Shown in pieces: positions 1 to 12,160 of a stretch of 64,000 nt of DNA. Origin of the DNA: Haliotis rufescens (lineage: Eukaryota); assembly GCF_023055435.1 (NCBI RefSeq), contig NW_025964372.1:19406001-19470000 (forward strand). The letters run 5' to 3'. Position numbers and translations under genes: made by a program. The notes beneath the pieces were generated by a model. The model did not search any database, was not told where the DNA came from, and saw nothing but the letters and a program-made list of their open reading frames with translations. Numbering within the stretch: position 1 is the first letter of the stretch; every line of letters starts with the position of its first letter.

Positions 1-772
1 CAGTAATCCCCATTTGCAATGAGATTGTCTCCATTTGTAACTTGTTTCAGAGTTGTCTAGTGAATATTAATCTAAACATATTACAGTTTGCAATAGTTAT
101 GGGTAATGCAGTGTTCTGCGGGGTAGCCACGTGTCACACCAAACACCTTAGTTCGATTCCCCCAGGGCACAATGAATATAGCCAATATCCTCGGTACCCC
201 CCGCCGTGTTACGATGGCATATTACTTAACGCGACGTAAATAACCATAACCACTCAGTGTAATGTCCGCAGACACAGAGGACATACAAATAAATATTGAC
301 TGCAACAGTTATCCATTAGGCACCCAAAGACGCGCCAATCATGCATGCAGCTAGAAATGTTGAACATCTCTGATCTCGCGGGGACAACCGATTCCCCGAG
401 GCGGTGTCACGTGACCTGATTGTTTGCGTACGTTTCCGTTCTTCGTGTGATTGCTGATGTGGTCGGTGTTTAGTTTCAGGCCATGTTTGCTGTCGATAAT
501 CATATTGCGACTACAGGTGATAAATATAGGCCTCCTTGTCGATGTCAATTGATACTATGTATTGACTCATTGAATAACGTTCTAGTGAGAGGGTAGTATT
601 TGCACTAGCAACGGTTATCTAGTTTGGAATTATATTCAAGATTGTCTTGGGGAATGATGTGGCCAATTATAATTTTGTCTTTACAGTGGTTGGTTCAAGT
701 CAACTCTGGTTGGCTGTGTTGTAAATTTGTTGTATTTTACAGTGATTAGTTCTACTTTATAACGTTTGGTTA

Positions 773-1745
773 ACCACTACTACTACTGCTGCTACAACCA
801 CTACTGCTACAACTACTGATGCTGCTACCACAACTGCTACAACTACTGCTTCTGCTACAACCACTACTGCTGCTGCTGCTACCACTACTGCTGCCGCTAC
901 AACCATTACTGCTACTACAACTACTGCTGCCGCTGCTGCTACAACTACTGCTGCTACAACTACTGCTGCTGCTAAAACCACTACTGCTACAACTACTGCT
1001 GCTGCTGCTACCACTACTACTGCTGCTAAAACCACTACTGCTACATCCACTACTGCTGCTGCAACCACTACTACTGCTGCTAAAGCCACTACTGCTGCTA
1101 AAACCACTACTGCTACAACTGCTGCTGCTACCACTACTGCTACAACCACTACTGCTGCTGCTGCAACCACTGCTGCTACAACAACTACTGCTACAACCAC
1201 TACTGCTGCTGCTACAACCACTACTGCTGCTGCTGCTACAACAACTACAACTGCTGCTGCGACAACCACTACTGCTGCTGCTACAACCACTACTGCTGCT
1301 GCTACAACCACTACTGCTGCTGCGACAACCACTACTGCTACTGCTACAACCACTACTGCTGCTGCTACAACCACTACAGCTGCTGCGACCACTACTGCTG
1401 CTACAACCACTACTGCTGCTACAACCACTACTGCTGCTGCTACAACCACTACTGCTACTACAACTACTGCTGCTGCTACCACTACTGCTACAACTACTGC
1501 TGCTGCTACAACCACTACTGCTGCTGCTACAACCACTACTGCTGCCGCTACAACCATTACTGCTGCTGCTACAACTACTGCTGCTGCTACAACTACTGCT
1601 GCTGCGACAACCACTACTGCTGCTGCTACAACCACTACTGCTGCTGCTACAACAACTACTGCTGCTGCGACAACCACTACTGCTGCTGCTACAACCACTA
1701 CTGCTCCTGCTACAATCACTGCTGCTGCTGCTACGACTACTCTGA
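773..1745. repeat. Cryptic trinucleotide repeat (ACT/GCT/ACC/ACA), about 970 bp
   Basis: Uninterrupted triplet-phase low-complexity tract. It generates the poly-Val/Ala and poly-Leu ORFs in the track; the frame starting at 773 reads Thr/Ala. Confidence 0.95.
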
Positions 1746-2044
1746 CGTGGATGTAGGTGCTGCTACTATTGAGTAATGCTACTCATACTACAGTTTCTAC
1801 TTCCACTACCATCACCACCACCACCAGTATACTACTACTACTACTCGTTACTTTTACTACTACTACTTCTGCTGCTGTTACTAATTTTACTGTGGCTACT
1901 AAAACAACCCTATAATGATCCTGGCAGTGACAGTTAATCCCCCTGTCCAGCAACTTTCAGGGAGAGGCTAATATCAACACAATAATGATAACATATTACA
2001 CTAATCGATAACAAATCAGCGCTGATCAATAACCAATATCCTAC

Positions 2045-2220
2045 CCTCTGTATTTGGGGAACCGGTTTCCGCGTGGGTCCTCCTTCATGTCGCTGGCGCG
2101 GATTCCGTTTCGTGGCGGAAGAACCCGTCCAAGCTTCTCGATAGTAATATTGTCCACAAATTTCCTTTCCAAGCCTTTCTTTTTATCTTCGTCCGTTTTA
2201 CCTTGCTCTGTGGCCTCCAT
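2045..2220 (-). CDS. Possible first coding exon of an unidentified gene continuing leftwards
   Basis: caacATGG Kozak context at 2220. Reads MEATEQGKTDEDKKKGLERKFVDNITIEKLGRVLPPRNGIRASDMKEDPRGNRFPKYR, then a candidate donor GG|gtagga at 2044. CpG-rich context. No homology recognised and no partner exon confirmed. Confidence 0.3.
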
Positions 2221-3540
2221 GTTGATCTTTGACTCCTGTCAGTACTAGCGGAAGGAGGATCTCCCCAGCGTCTCTGAGAGCCCCCATGGGCGTGTCCGCT
2301 TTAATAAGGATAGCGCGGTTTACAACGTTATAAAATTGGCTGAGACATGAGTTTACGATTTATAGGTAAACAAAACATACGAGATGAGACACGCTCCTAT
2401 CTCGTCGTCATATATATAAGCCAATATTTGTTTACATTTTGACCTCACCGTATGGACACACTCGAGATGTTAATGTGTGGCACTGTGAACATCATACCTC
2501 TCTCCTTCACCACACAACCATATCTAACCATATATCAAAATGATGTCAAAAATATCGTTCATACTATCTTAACAAATACACAAACCTAGAAGTAGGAACT
2601 AACAAAACCTACCTGATGAAAACAAGCTATGAGAATATACGCACACCTGTATATTTAACAGGTATTCCCGTGCAGGTACCCCAGGCGATACGAGGTCTAC
2701 CGGAGTTGCTCAACATATAACTGACGTGTATATATCACATCACATAATCAGGCCTCGAAGGACACAGTCCTTAAGTTGTCATTGCCGCATCATGTAACCA
2801 TGGTAACATAATCAATACATCATCTGTACTAGAGCGGTTATGGTTCATTGTTCACAATGAGGAAGGAACCCCTCAGGTGACGAGACTGAAAGGCATGTCA
2901 GCCAGAAACAAACACGTCTCGGCTGAGTGATATATGTTATGCACCTTTTAGGATAGTTTTATGTTACGTTGTTTTCTGTTGTAGGATCTACCTATTGTCA
3001 ATTTGTTCGTTTCTTATGAACGCAGTCACAGACAATAGAATCTTAGTCAACAGAAACTGAATTCTTGTCATTGTATACCTGCGTTTGTATAGATCCCTGG
3101 CTAAATGATAGGTTGTTGATTCGGGGCTCAAGGCTAATGCATTGTGTGTACAGGTGTTGCCGTTGACCATTTGTGGGAACACTGACGAAAGCACATCGTA
3201 TTGCGTGTCAATATGAAATAAAGGTTTATTATAAAAAACACCATGGGTATATTAAGAAACATGTACAATTGACATGCTCAGCCAGTCACACTACTGAATT
3301 CTCTAGTAATTATGTGATAATAGTGTAGGCTGTAACGACCAAAATATCAAAGGGAAGAGTAGCATCCCTTGGATGCCTTGATCCACCGTGTGCGAGTTCG
3401 AATCCGCTTATTTTCGTAGTTCACCAAATGGTACGCATAATATGACTGGTGAAAGTAATAGAGATCATAAAACCAATTTCAGTGTTATTGTTCTGAAATT
3501 ACAATTAAACAATTAAAACAATGTAACCTCATTACTATAA

Positions 3541-3960
3541 CGATCGTGGTTAGAATAGGTCTTCAGCAACCCATGCTTCCCGTAAAAAGGCGACTATGCT
3601 TGTCGTAAGAGGCGACTGACGGGGTCGGGTGGTCAGGTTTGCTGTCTTGGTTGATGCATGTCATCGTATTCCAATGGCGTGGATCGATGCTCAGGATGTC
3701 AATCACTGGATCTCCAACAACCTCTTCTGGCCCTTGTTGTTTGTTGTTAAGAGCCGCACTCAGAAATATTCCACCTGTATGACAGCAGTATGTACATAAT
3801 CGAGTCTGGACCAGACTAACCAGTGATTGACATCATGAGCATCAACCTACGCTATTGGGATACCAGACATGCATCAACGAAGTCAGCGAGCCTGACCATC
3901 CGATTCTGTTAGTCGCCTCTTACAAGCATGGGTTGCTAAAGACCAATTCTAACCCGGATT
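3541..3960. mobile_element. Two family-B SINE-like copies in inverted (tail-to-tail) arrangement
   Basis: + copy about 3541-3712 (ttagaataggtcttcagcaacccatgctt...) followed by a - copy about 3735-3960 (...ttagtcgcctcttac...ctaacccggat). Confidence 0.8.
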
Positions 3961-4232
3961 AATGACAGACCGTCGTCACATAGCTGCAGTTTTGCTTTAT
4001 GCTGCGTAGGGTGCGAATCTGTTAAGAGGGCAACCTCGTTAGTTCTTGCTTCCGTGTTGTTTAGCGAGCACTAAGAACTGATTTGAATTTAATCAAACTG
4101 ACTTGGCCACATCTTCCAGAGTGACAAAGGCGAATAATATATTTTTTTTTCTTTTCACTTTGACCGATGACGCAAATTTACTGATATGGAGTTCTATTTT
4201 TTTATATATTGTAAATATTAATGTTGCTGGAC

Positions 4233-4970
4233 TGCAACGTGAATCAACAGGTCAACCAGTCGATGTATGGATGAAACATTGCCCGTGCGACGTGAATCAA
4301 CTGGTCAACCAGTCGCTGTATGGATGAAACATTGCCAGTGCGACGTGAATCCACTGGTCAACCAGTCGATGTATGGATGAAACATTGCCCGTGCGACGTG
4401 AATCCACTGGTCAACCAGTCGCTGTATGGATGAAACATTGCTCGTGCGACGTGAATCAACAGGTCAACCAGTCGCTGTATGGATGAAACATTGCTCGTGC
4501 GACATGAATCAACAGGTCAACCAGTCGCTGTATGGATGAAACATTGCTCGTGCGACGTGAATCCACTGGTCAACCAGTCGATGTATGGATGAAACATTGC
4601 TCGTGCGACGTGAATCAACAGGTCAACCCGTCGCTGTATGGATGAAACATTGCTCGTGCGACGTGAATCAACAGGTCAACCAGTCGCTGTATGGATGAAA
4701 CATTGCTCGTGCGACGTGAATCAACAGGTCAACCAGTCGATGTATGGATGAAACATTGCTCGTCCGACGTGAATCCACTAGTCAACCAGTCGCTGTGTGG
4801 ATGAAACATTGTCCGTGCGACGTGAATCAACAGGTCAACCAGTCGCTGTATGGATGAAACATTGCTCGTGCGACGTGAATCAACTGGTCAACCAGTGGCT
4901 GTGTGGATGAAACATTGCTCGTGCGACGTGAATCAACAGGTCAACCAGTCGCTGGGTGGATGAAACACTG
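4233..4970. repeat. 53-bp minisatellite, about 14 copies
   Basis: Unit GTGCGACGTGAATCAACAGGTCAACCAGTCGCTGTATGGATGAAACATTGCTC; ggatg recurs at 4269 and 4322. Confidence 0.95.
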
Positions 4971-5125
4971 CAAACCTACTTCCGACATTATTGGCCGTTT
5001 GGATCTAATCGGCTGGTCCGTTTTCACAAATGTATTTTTTACTTAATTGATAAATTACAAAACCGATTCATATGACAGTTATTAACACTGATTACATTTG
5101 ATCAAACTTAACCAAATCTGGTTCA

Positions 5126-6447
5126 TCACAGTGAGCTGCTTACCCGCTTAGTCTTGTACAGCTCCAGTGAGCACTGATACACACTTTCCCCATTTCTCAA
5201 CATATCTACACAAAAACGGTCTGGTTCCTTTTCGTCTTCCCACAACTCAAGTTCAAGGTCATCCCCACAGTTACATTCTTTTCTGTACCACATGAAAGCA
5301 GATTTGAGGTTTAACGGTCGCAGAGCAGAACCCGCGTTGGTTTGACTTTTCTCCCTTTTAACTAAACCATCACAACAATATTTCAAATAGTTTGTAAAAT
5401 TCAGATGGAAGTTAGCGTCCGTATCACTGAAAGGGACTTCCCCTACTAACACCTTGCTTACACGTGATTGGTCAGACGGCCTCTCTAGAGCGTGGAATCT
5501 CATTGGCTCGCCTGTTCCACACAGGTGCCCGTATGTATTCTTCCACTCCTGGGGAATCTCAATCGGCTTTCGAAACGTGGTATCTAGTAGTATTATCTGA
5601 CTTCTAACTCGTGCCAATGGAATGCCTCCCGCCTTCATTGCTGTCTCTATGACGAACGTGCTCCTCTCGACGTTGTTGATGTTGCTGTCTAGACACAGAG
5701 GGGCCTTCACGACACCCTCATCATACAGTTTTTCGTGAAACTCCGCCTTTGAAGTGACGATAAATGAATGATATTTCTGGTAGAGTTTATACAGTCCGAG
5801 CATGGAGTCCCTGCCGTCAGCTGGGTGTAGGAGACACGATTGTGTGGAGTCCATCGCGTTCACCACGCTCCACGGCTGCGGGCACGCTGTGAATAGAGAG
5901 GTGAAGATGAAATAGGGTCTCGAACTTTTAAGATTACTGCACTTATTATAGTGACATGCATGTACTTGTGTGTGTGCCTGCGTGTGCGCGTGTGTTGCTG
6001 GCTGCTTGTAATAGTCCGGTCTAATGCCGGTTTTATGTGATAGCCCACTGAGATACCATACCGTAGTTGGTCATGGAAACCCCACGCTGACACAATATAC
6101 TGACACCGAGTCGACTTGTCCTTGACTTATCCCCTTATGCCGAACGCCAGATCTGGTAACAAGTACAATTAATAACGTGTTTAAGTAGGACGCGCCGGGG
6201 ATCGAACCACCGACAAACGCTCTATCCACTAGACAACGAGCTAACGAACGCTGCGATAATCAATATAATGAACTACTACAGTACACAGTTGAGGCTCGTG
6301 GATAATCGATGTTTGAACAGGGAGGGATTCAACGCCACTTTAAGCATAACTTCAGTTACATCATCACGTGTCAGTTTGAGGAAGTGGGGTTTAACGTCGC
6401 GTCCAAGATTATTGTACTTATATAGCGACGTGCATGCACTTACGTGT

Positions 6448-6484
<37 letters not shown>

Positions 6485-9400
6485 CTGCTTGTACTAGTCG
6501 GGACTGATGCCGATTTATAGTGCTAGCCCACTGAGATAGTATGTCGCAGTTGAACATGAATATCCCACACAGTATACTGACTCCAAGCCGACCAGTCCTT
6601 GTTTTAGCCCAATAATGCCGAGCTCCAGACAGGGTAACAACAACTACCATCTTTTAATGTCTTTTGGTATGACGCGGCCGGCGATCGAACCCCAGATCTT
6701 CCGCTCTCCGAGCAGACCCTCTACCACTAGACCACGGAGGCGGTCTGAAGTGTGAGGAAAGCCACGCAGTCATATCACATTTTGTTACGATTCCTATTTG
6801 AAAATTATAAATTGTACCATACAGTGCATACGACATTAGACACATTCTTCCTGGACTCACAGTGCGCGTCAAAGGCTGTGTAGGGCAGGCCAGGAATGAT
6901 AACTCGTCCACAGTTCGGCGCCGGGAAGATTCTTTCATATCCAAGCTGTTTAATAATTCTGAAAAATAGAAGATTGTAAGCTCACACGCTTAGAAATATA
7001 TAGACTTTATTAGGTCACTCAACCACATTAACATGACATGTGACTAAATAGCTAAACGTTGTTATTATTAAGTATTTTCATGGGTTTAAATAGTCTCAAA
7101 ATCACAGTGGCACATATATATAGTAATAATTAAATAAGTGGAGTAAGATTGAACACAGTTTTAATTGGCTAGCGCTTTCAACTCGTACCACGTGCGAGTC
7201 CCATCAGGAATGATGAATGGCCTGATGAGACTCGTACGTGGTACTAGTTGAAAGCGATAGCCAATTAAAACTGTGTTCAATCTTACTCCACTTATTCAAT
7301 TATTACTATATTGTGCCTGAGAGTTTACTTTACTGTGCTTTATATATATTATTATTATTATTACTTGGTCTAGCTGTGTCTGTTTTGTGAACCATCTCCA
7401 ACCCCCTCCCCCTTCTTTCTCGGGGACTTGGTGTCATGGTATCCCGATCACTGGTTTGACCGGTCCATATTCGATTCTTTACAGGCCACTGGGTTCGATT
7501 CCCGTCCGCGTAATACCAAAAGAAGTTAAAAGATGATACTTGTTGTTATCCTGCCTGGCGCTCGGGCTAAAACAAGGACTGGTCGGCTCGGGGTCGGTAT
7601 ATACTGTGTCTGAGTTGGGTATTCATGTTATAGTGAGTGAGTGAGTGAGTTTGATTTTACGCCGCTTTTAGCAATATTCCAGCAATATCACGGCGGGGGA
7701 CACCAGAAATGGGCTTCACACATTGTACCCATGTCGGGAATCGAACCCGGGTTTTCAGCGTGACGAGCGAACGCTTTAACCACCAGGCTACCCGACCGCC
7801 CCTCATGTTATACTGCGGCATGGTATCTCAGTAGGCTAGCACTATAAAATGAGCATTAGTCCGGACTAGTAAAAGCAGCCACATACACACAGGCATGCAC
7901 GTCGCTATATAAGTGCAATAATCTTGGACGCGACGTTAAACCCCATTTCACCTCACCTCACCTTTCCCTTTACCAGGAACCGGATTCTATTAAAGGGTGC
8001 CTCAGCTACAGCTAATGATTTACTCCCATCATGTTTGGAAGCATCCTCTCCATGGCCCGCATTTCGGGTTACCTATACTGTAACCCTTGGATCCAACCCA
8101 TGGTTCTCGCGATCCCAAATTATCGGCCCTTGATTTCCTTTGGCCGATTTGATTTGCTACGCAACTCAGAATGCGAGTACAAGCCAGCCTCAATGTCGGG
8201 TTGGCCATGTCAACATTGCGGCCAGTGCCATTGATACGATAGAGTTTGCGAGATATTCAACATTGAAAAACTGTGTGACACGCCAAAGAAAGCCCATTTC
8301 AAGGGAAATTGTATTAATAATAAATAATAAAGTCCATTTCTTCAGCGCCATTTCCGTCTACGTAGTCGCCCATAGCGCCTCACACAGGGTCATAGACACA
8401 TCTAAAGAGATAAGTCTTTAGTTTTTTGTCTTGAAAGTGTCCAGAGTTGGAGATTGCCTAATTTCCACTGGAAGGGAATTCCAGAGCACAGATGCAGTGT
8501 GAGCAAAAGTACTGTTGCCGAATGCTTTGAGTGAGACCATAGGGACACTAAACTGGAGTTTATGTGCTGATCTGAGATCTCGTGCTGGCTGGTGTAGGGT
8601 AAGAAGTTCACTCAGATAGGAAGGTGCTGTACTATAGTAGCACTGGTATGCAATGCACACGACTTTGTATTCAATCCCAGATCTTAATTGAAGCCAGTGT
8701 AATGATTTTAATAAAGGAGTGACATGTGCACGCTTATTTCGTCTACATATCAATCTGGCAGCAGCATTCTGCACACGTTGCAATTTGCTACATAGATCCT
8801 GTTTGATATTAATAAGCAGACTGTTAGCATAGTCCAACCTGGATAGGATAAGTGATCTCACGAGCTGATGTGCCGCATCATATGTCAACATGGGTTTTAT
8901 CTGACTGATATTTCGTATGTGGAAGTAGCAACTTTTGCAGATATTGTTTACTTGACAATCCATGGTCAGGTTTTGGTCAATGATGACTCCAAGGTCTTTG
9001 ACAGTCAAAGAAAAGGGGATGTCAACTCCATCAACAGTCAAGAATGATTTGGATATTGATGCAACAGATCGGCTACTCCCAGTGAGTATGACCTCGGTCT
9101 TATCAGGTTTTATTGTATCATTGTATTATATACACACCGCCGAGAGAAATGCGAACCATGGAAACATAAAGGCGTATGTACGTAAAGAAGAGATGCTTCT
9201 GATGTGTACCGGCCCGTGAAGACCCGATTGGTTGGTTGGTTGGTTGGTTTGATGTTTAACGCAATATCAGCAATGTCCCATTCCGGGAACGCTGTTAACA
9301 TTCTGCCAACCCTAACTTTACTATTGGGTCAGTTGACGGTGAACACAAAATATGGATTGACACTTGATATAGGCTGTCTTGTTGGAAGCCTACAAATTAA

Positions 9401-10432
9401 TAGCATGAACTATCTTGACTGAGTTATTCTTCTAGGGGCAGATTTCAAAAATATATATGTTACAGTCAATGTGTAAAATGTGATTCACTTACGCAATTTA
9501 CAATCTGCCTAAATATGTCTGTCATTTTACAAATTGACTCAAAATTAAGTCCAATCATATGACTGACTGACCAAACATTGCTAAGGAGGTCACAACGGCT
9601 CAAAAACATCACAGTCGACTTATTGTGATAAGATTAAAATAAAATAAATTATATATACATTGACGTCGGTTTTCTTTTAATCCTGGGGCGGTGGGGTAGC
9701 CTTGTGGTTAAAGCGTCCGCTCGTCACGCCTAAGAATCGGGTTCGATTCCCCACATAGGTACAACGTGTGAAGTCCATTTCCGGTGTCCCCCGCCGTGAT
9801 ATTGCGGCAATATTGCTAACAGCGGCGTTAAACCTCACTCACTCTTTTTATCCTATGAATTTTAGTCACATGGTTATGAAATTAAGCATCAAACTGTTTA
9901 GAATTCGTTATCATGATAAATAAATGGAAACTTGAGATAAAATGATTGAACTATAAAAGCTTTTTGTAAATTGCCTTCATGATAAATAAATGGAAACTTG
10001 ATATAAAATGACTGAACTATTTAAGCTTTTTGTAAATTGCCTAAGTGAAAATTTCAGTCATTGTACACATTGACTAATATATATTTCGCACTGGGAAGCG
10101 GACACTTCCGTCTTGGAATTAATCCCTGTCGTATACGCTAACATGGGGTGCTTATTTTAATGATTCCAACACTTACAGACCGCCGTCATATAGATGGAAT
10201 ATTGCGGAGTTAAACGAGAAATACGCAAAACAAACATAAACAGAACCTTTAATGGAAACATTACGGTACAGCGTGACCTCGTTCCCTCACCGTCGAGAAC
10301 AATCTATCGTGTTGTACGCGCCAGTGTTGAGAAAATCGGTCTGATATAGGTGGCACATTATGGTATTTATATCGACAAGCTAATAGAGTGTTTTTGTATG
10401 TATGTTAGTTACCTTGAAAAGCCTGTTGCCAT
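5126..10432 (-). CDS. Double hotdog-fold, acyl-ACP thioesterase-like protein (292 aa, 3 exons)
   Basis: Exons 10432-10413, 6958-6861 and 5886-5126; GT-AG, phases 2 and 1 match, 879 nt total. Motifs: GLPYTAFDAH (N-terminal hotdog), SQIILLDTTFRKPIEIP, SDTDANFHLNFTNY (DxDxNxHxN), YRKEC; C-terminus KRVSSSL. Exon 1 is the least certain part. Confidence 0.8.
5905..6235 (-). mobile_element. SINE family D (Meta/MESC-domain-like), degenerate copy
   Basis: B-box (ggggatcgaacc on +), tagcccactgagatacc core and shared 3' tail; similar to the copies at 6370 and 7490. Confidence 0.65.
6370..6745 (-). mobile_element. SINE family D (tRNA head, Meta/MESC-like body) with internal (GT)n
   Basis: tRNA-like head (cgatcgaacccc...ctctaccactagaccac on +), body ataccaaaagac...gactggtcggct...gctagcactataaa on the - strand, (GT)n at 6448-6482. 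Confidence 0.75.
7109..7317. repeat. About 100-bp-arm inverted repeat of Penelope-type terminal repeats carrying hammerhead motifs
   Basis: 7109-7208 is nearly the exact reverse complement of 7221-7317, with a 12-nt spacer. Confidence 0.9.
7218..7263 (+). ncRNA. Minimal type I hammerhead ribozyme motif
   Basis: TGGC-CTGATGA-GACTCGTACgtgGTACTAGTT-GAAA-GCGA-TA-GCCA. Stem I TGGC/GCCA, core CUGAUGA and GAAA, stem II, short stem III (GCGC in the mirror copy), UA cleavage site. Confidence 0.7.
7490..7965 (+). mobile_element. SINE family D interrupted by a family A SINE
   Basis: ggttcgattccc B box, then body; the sequence resumes after 7812 and ends ...ggacgcgacgttaaaccccatttcacctcacctcac. Confidence 0.75.
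7633..7802 (-). mobile_element. tRNA-derived SINE family A, full length, 10-bp TSD
   Basis: TSD TCATGTTATA at 7623-7632 and 7803-7812; A and B boxes; (ACTC)n tail. Confidence 0.9.
8315..9112 (-). mobile_element. 5'-truncated L2/Crack-clade LINE (RT C-terminus and 3' UTR)
   Basis: ORF 8418-9041 has VKDLGVIIDQNL, SRLDYANSLL, LQRVQNAAARLI and HVTPLLKSLHWL. 3' gcgc stem-loop and (TTA)n-type tail near 8320. Confidence 0.85.
9684..9845 (+). mobile_element. tRNA-derived SINE family A
   Basis: ggggcggtggggtagcc...ggttcgattcccc...gcggcgttaaacctcactcactc, flanked by an approximate TSD (cttttaatcct/ctttttatcct). Confidence 0.85.
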
Positions 10433-11940
10433 CTTTGAGAAGCGAAACCGCGGGATAAACAATGGCGTGTGTTCAGCTCCGCGTATCTGGGTCAAAGGTA
10501 AAAGTTCATGTATATGTCACTGAGGCTCATGGGATCGATGAGGCACAGCCAACACATCTGTTCCAGTAAACTCCCATGTATCGGGGTATTCCACGCTCGT
10601 ATACCCTGTTATATACGTCATCAAGCGATTCACTGTTTATATCGATGCTAATATAGTCCAGTGCTAGGAACAGTTGAAAAGTTCGATGTAGGATAAAACT
10701 CTTAAATCCTTATTTTTTCTAAATTAAAAAAAATAAAATGAACATCTTCGTAGGATTTACACGAGCTGCGTGTAAAATAGTCAAATTGACATATTCAATA
10801 TATCTTCGATTTGCAAAGCCAGGGATATTATTAAATAGCCTGAGACCATTAGTCACCATAGCTTTGTTTTGGAAGTGTCCCCGTTTTTCCAATCTCTTAG
10901 CACACAATTTCACCCACACAGGAGAGTAATAACTCCGATATTTGCACATATGTGCATTGTAGATATTCTCAATGTTGATTGGTCAGCCAGTACTTCATTG
11001 TTAACGACAATAACGTCATCCATTGTTTATGACGTCACAAACTAAGTACGTTACGTCATCTGAAGAACAACAATATATTTCTTCCATTTTAGCTCGAAAC
11101 ATGCTACAAAAGTCAGTAATATACAGAATAACCTACTAAACACTCGCCTAAGGCTCAGGATTAACGCCATTTATTTACTTGGGTAGATAATCCATAATTG
11201 GTCGTAGCTCGTTGGTTATTGTCTAATTATTAGTATGGTTCCATTCGAATCATGCCCCAATCAGAGGTCTAATTTGTTTTGTTTAACGATTCACTCAGCT
11301 AGCTGCATGGCGATAGCCTATAAATAATGGAGGCTAGACCAGACAATCCAGTGATTGATATCGCGGGCAACGATCCTCGCCGTCGGGGTACGCTGCCACG
11401 CCATCAACCAACTCACCAAGCAAGACCACCCGATCAATGATGTTGCATCTTACGGACTAGCAGTGAGGTTGTTAAGGACCAATTATGATATGGAACTCCA
11501 AAAATAGTCGCTTCCTACGACTGGCAGTGGGATGCTGGCGATACATTCTACCTCAGGAGCCCAACCGGGGAATTCTTGCATAGTTCATTCAGCTGATTGA
11601 GAAAGTGCAGTCTTGTGGTTTTAGACAGATGGCTCTTCCTGCTATAGATACAACTAACCTTTGTCAGCTCCATGCACGTCTGTGGTCCTCATATAACTGA
11701 AATATAGCTTGCCTGCTGAGTATGTCAACATTCACTCACTCCATGTGGCTCTGCTTGTTTGTTTATTTGTTGTTTAACGCCGCAATCAGCAATATTCCAG
11801 CTATATGGCGGCGGTCTGTAATTAATCGAGTGATTGATTTCAGAAGCATCGATCCACGCAGTTGGGATACGATGGCATGCATCAACCAAGTCAGCGAGCC
11901 TGACTACCCAATCCCGTTAGTCGCCTGTTAGGGCAAGCTT

Positions 11941-12160
11941 GGGGACACAGGTGTGTCGTCTAAGGCACAATCGCCAGAAACCTATGATTGTTGGTTCGAT
12001 TCCCGATTCGCCCCGATTGTTTCTAGAATTTTCAGCACCATACCCGTGTTAATGGGTTTCACCAAAGTAGTAAACGCAACTTCGGGCTTTCCTGCCACAT
12101 TTAGCTGACATGAAGTGATATAACTGGGATACTGTTGAAAGCGGGAGTTAAACTCAACTC
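11941..12160 (+). mobile_element. SINE family C (tRNA-Leu-like head), with internal deletions
   Basis: gtcgtctaaggc...ccagaaacctatgattg...ggttcgattccc...gttaaactcaactc; matches the copy at 43535. Confidence 0.75.

Noticed and set aside
351-548. ORF as a downstream exon of the 2045-2220 candidate
   Set aside because: Weak acceptor and a phase mismatch with the candidate donor.
757-1745. Poly-Val/Ala (320 aa) and poly-Leu (308 aa) ORFs
   Set aside because: By-products of a stop-free triplet repeat; no domain or splice support.
4233-4970. CRISPR-like regular array (also the 40-, 49- and 78-bp arrays)
   Set aside because: Head-to-tail units with no unique spacers, no cas genes, and a eukaryotic context.
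9684-9760. tRNA genes suggested by A/B boxes (also at 7740, 17170, 21090, 43540)
   Set aside because: They are SINE heads followed by body, tail and TSDs; no intact cloverleaf.
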